Shown: piece by piece, positions 23,879 to 24,215 of the stretch
Position numbering within the stretch: the first letter of the stretch is position 1
Layout: each line of letters opens with the position of its first letter
DNA from: a virus
Lineage: Duplodnaviria; Caudoviricetes
Direction: 5' to 3' (one strand)
Virus record (IMG/VR): IMGVR_UViG_3300012041_000064
Coordinates: 1-24,215 of that record
DNA length: 24,215 nucleotides
Notes under the pieces: generated by a model
Database searches by the model: none
What the model was told of the DNA's origin: nothing
The model's input: only the letters and a program-made list of their open reading frames with translations
Made by a program: the position numbers and the translations under genes

Positions 23879-24215
23879 TTATTTTTTGTAGTATTTAGAG
23901 ATTGTTGATTCCGCTCCAATGGGTAAATCATATGCCCATTTAGGCCTTTCAGCCATAATTTTATTTACCAGTAACGTTTCACTTGCTACTTTGCCGTCTG
24001 GTACTTCTAGAACTACTTCATCATGCACATGTAAAACCACTTCTTTCTTTACCATTCTAACTAATGCACCTGCAAGAAGGTCTCTAGCTGTTCCTTGAAC
24101 TATATTCTCTGTAAGCTTCCCGCCATAAGTAGATAATCGTGTAACAAGTTGACGGGTTTGTTCCATTCCAACGTAAGTAAGGGTATCTTTGTACGTGTCC
24201 AGTTTAGCAACGTAC
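23879..24215 (-). CDS. Phage family A DNA polymerase, C-terminal fragment (begins outside the window)
   Basis: Frame is open to the window edge. TYGGKLTENIVQGTARDLL and motif C VLHVHDEVV. Confidence 0.92.
   Translation of the reverse strand, partial: YVAKLDTYKDTLTYVGMEQTRQLVTRLSTYGGKLTENIVQGTARDLLAGALVRMVKKEVVLHVHDEVVLEVPDGKVASETLLVNKIMAERPKWAYDLPIGAESTISKYYKK

Noticed and set aside
22937-24215. Calling this a Z-genome (DatZ/MazZ/DpoZ) system
   Set aside because: No purZ in the window, and the HD and MazG proteins look like widespread generic phage families; kept only as a hypothesis.
1-24215. tRNA, rRNA, integrase, lysis cassette, transposase
   Set aside because: None recognisable; temperate versus lytic lifestyle cannot be decided from this window.

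Overview
The window is a 24 kb stretch of a tailed dsDNA phage or prophage (siphovirus-like, HK97-type head). Essentially all genes are on the minus strand. The host is very probably in Bacteroidota: there are two TTG-N20-TAACTTTG promoters, AT-rich start regions without Shine-Dalgarno motifs, a Q-rule signal peptide and a lipoprotein with an export-like signal. In transcription order (right to left): family A DNA polymerase C-terminus, MazG-like, HD-domain and DUF3310 nucleotide-metabolism genes, VirE-type primase-helicase, micro-ORFs, VRR-NUC, a lipoprotein, SNF2 helicase, a separately promoted and terminated 3-gene cassette, then terS, terL, portal, prohead protease, major capsid, head-tail genes, tail tube, tape measure and the start of a tail-tip gene. 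The standout feature is the prohead protease, which carries a ~350-aa N-terminal extension of two cassettes. Each cassette opens with RYSEDQERDExGRF, holds small SH3/KOW-like domains and closes with KKRS, suggesting a self-processing polyprotein that loads cargo into the capsid. Other oddities are a signal-peptide protein inside the head-tail operon, similar leaders on capsid and tail tube, a candidate +1 frameshift before the tape measure, a perfect 16-bp inverted repeat across two micro-ORFs, and several micro-ORFs missed by the ORF track. All family calls come from motif recognition by eye; no searches were run.
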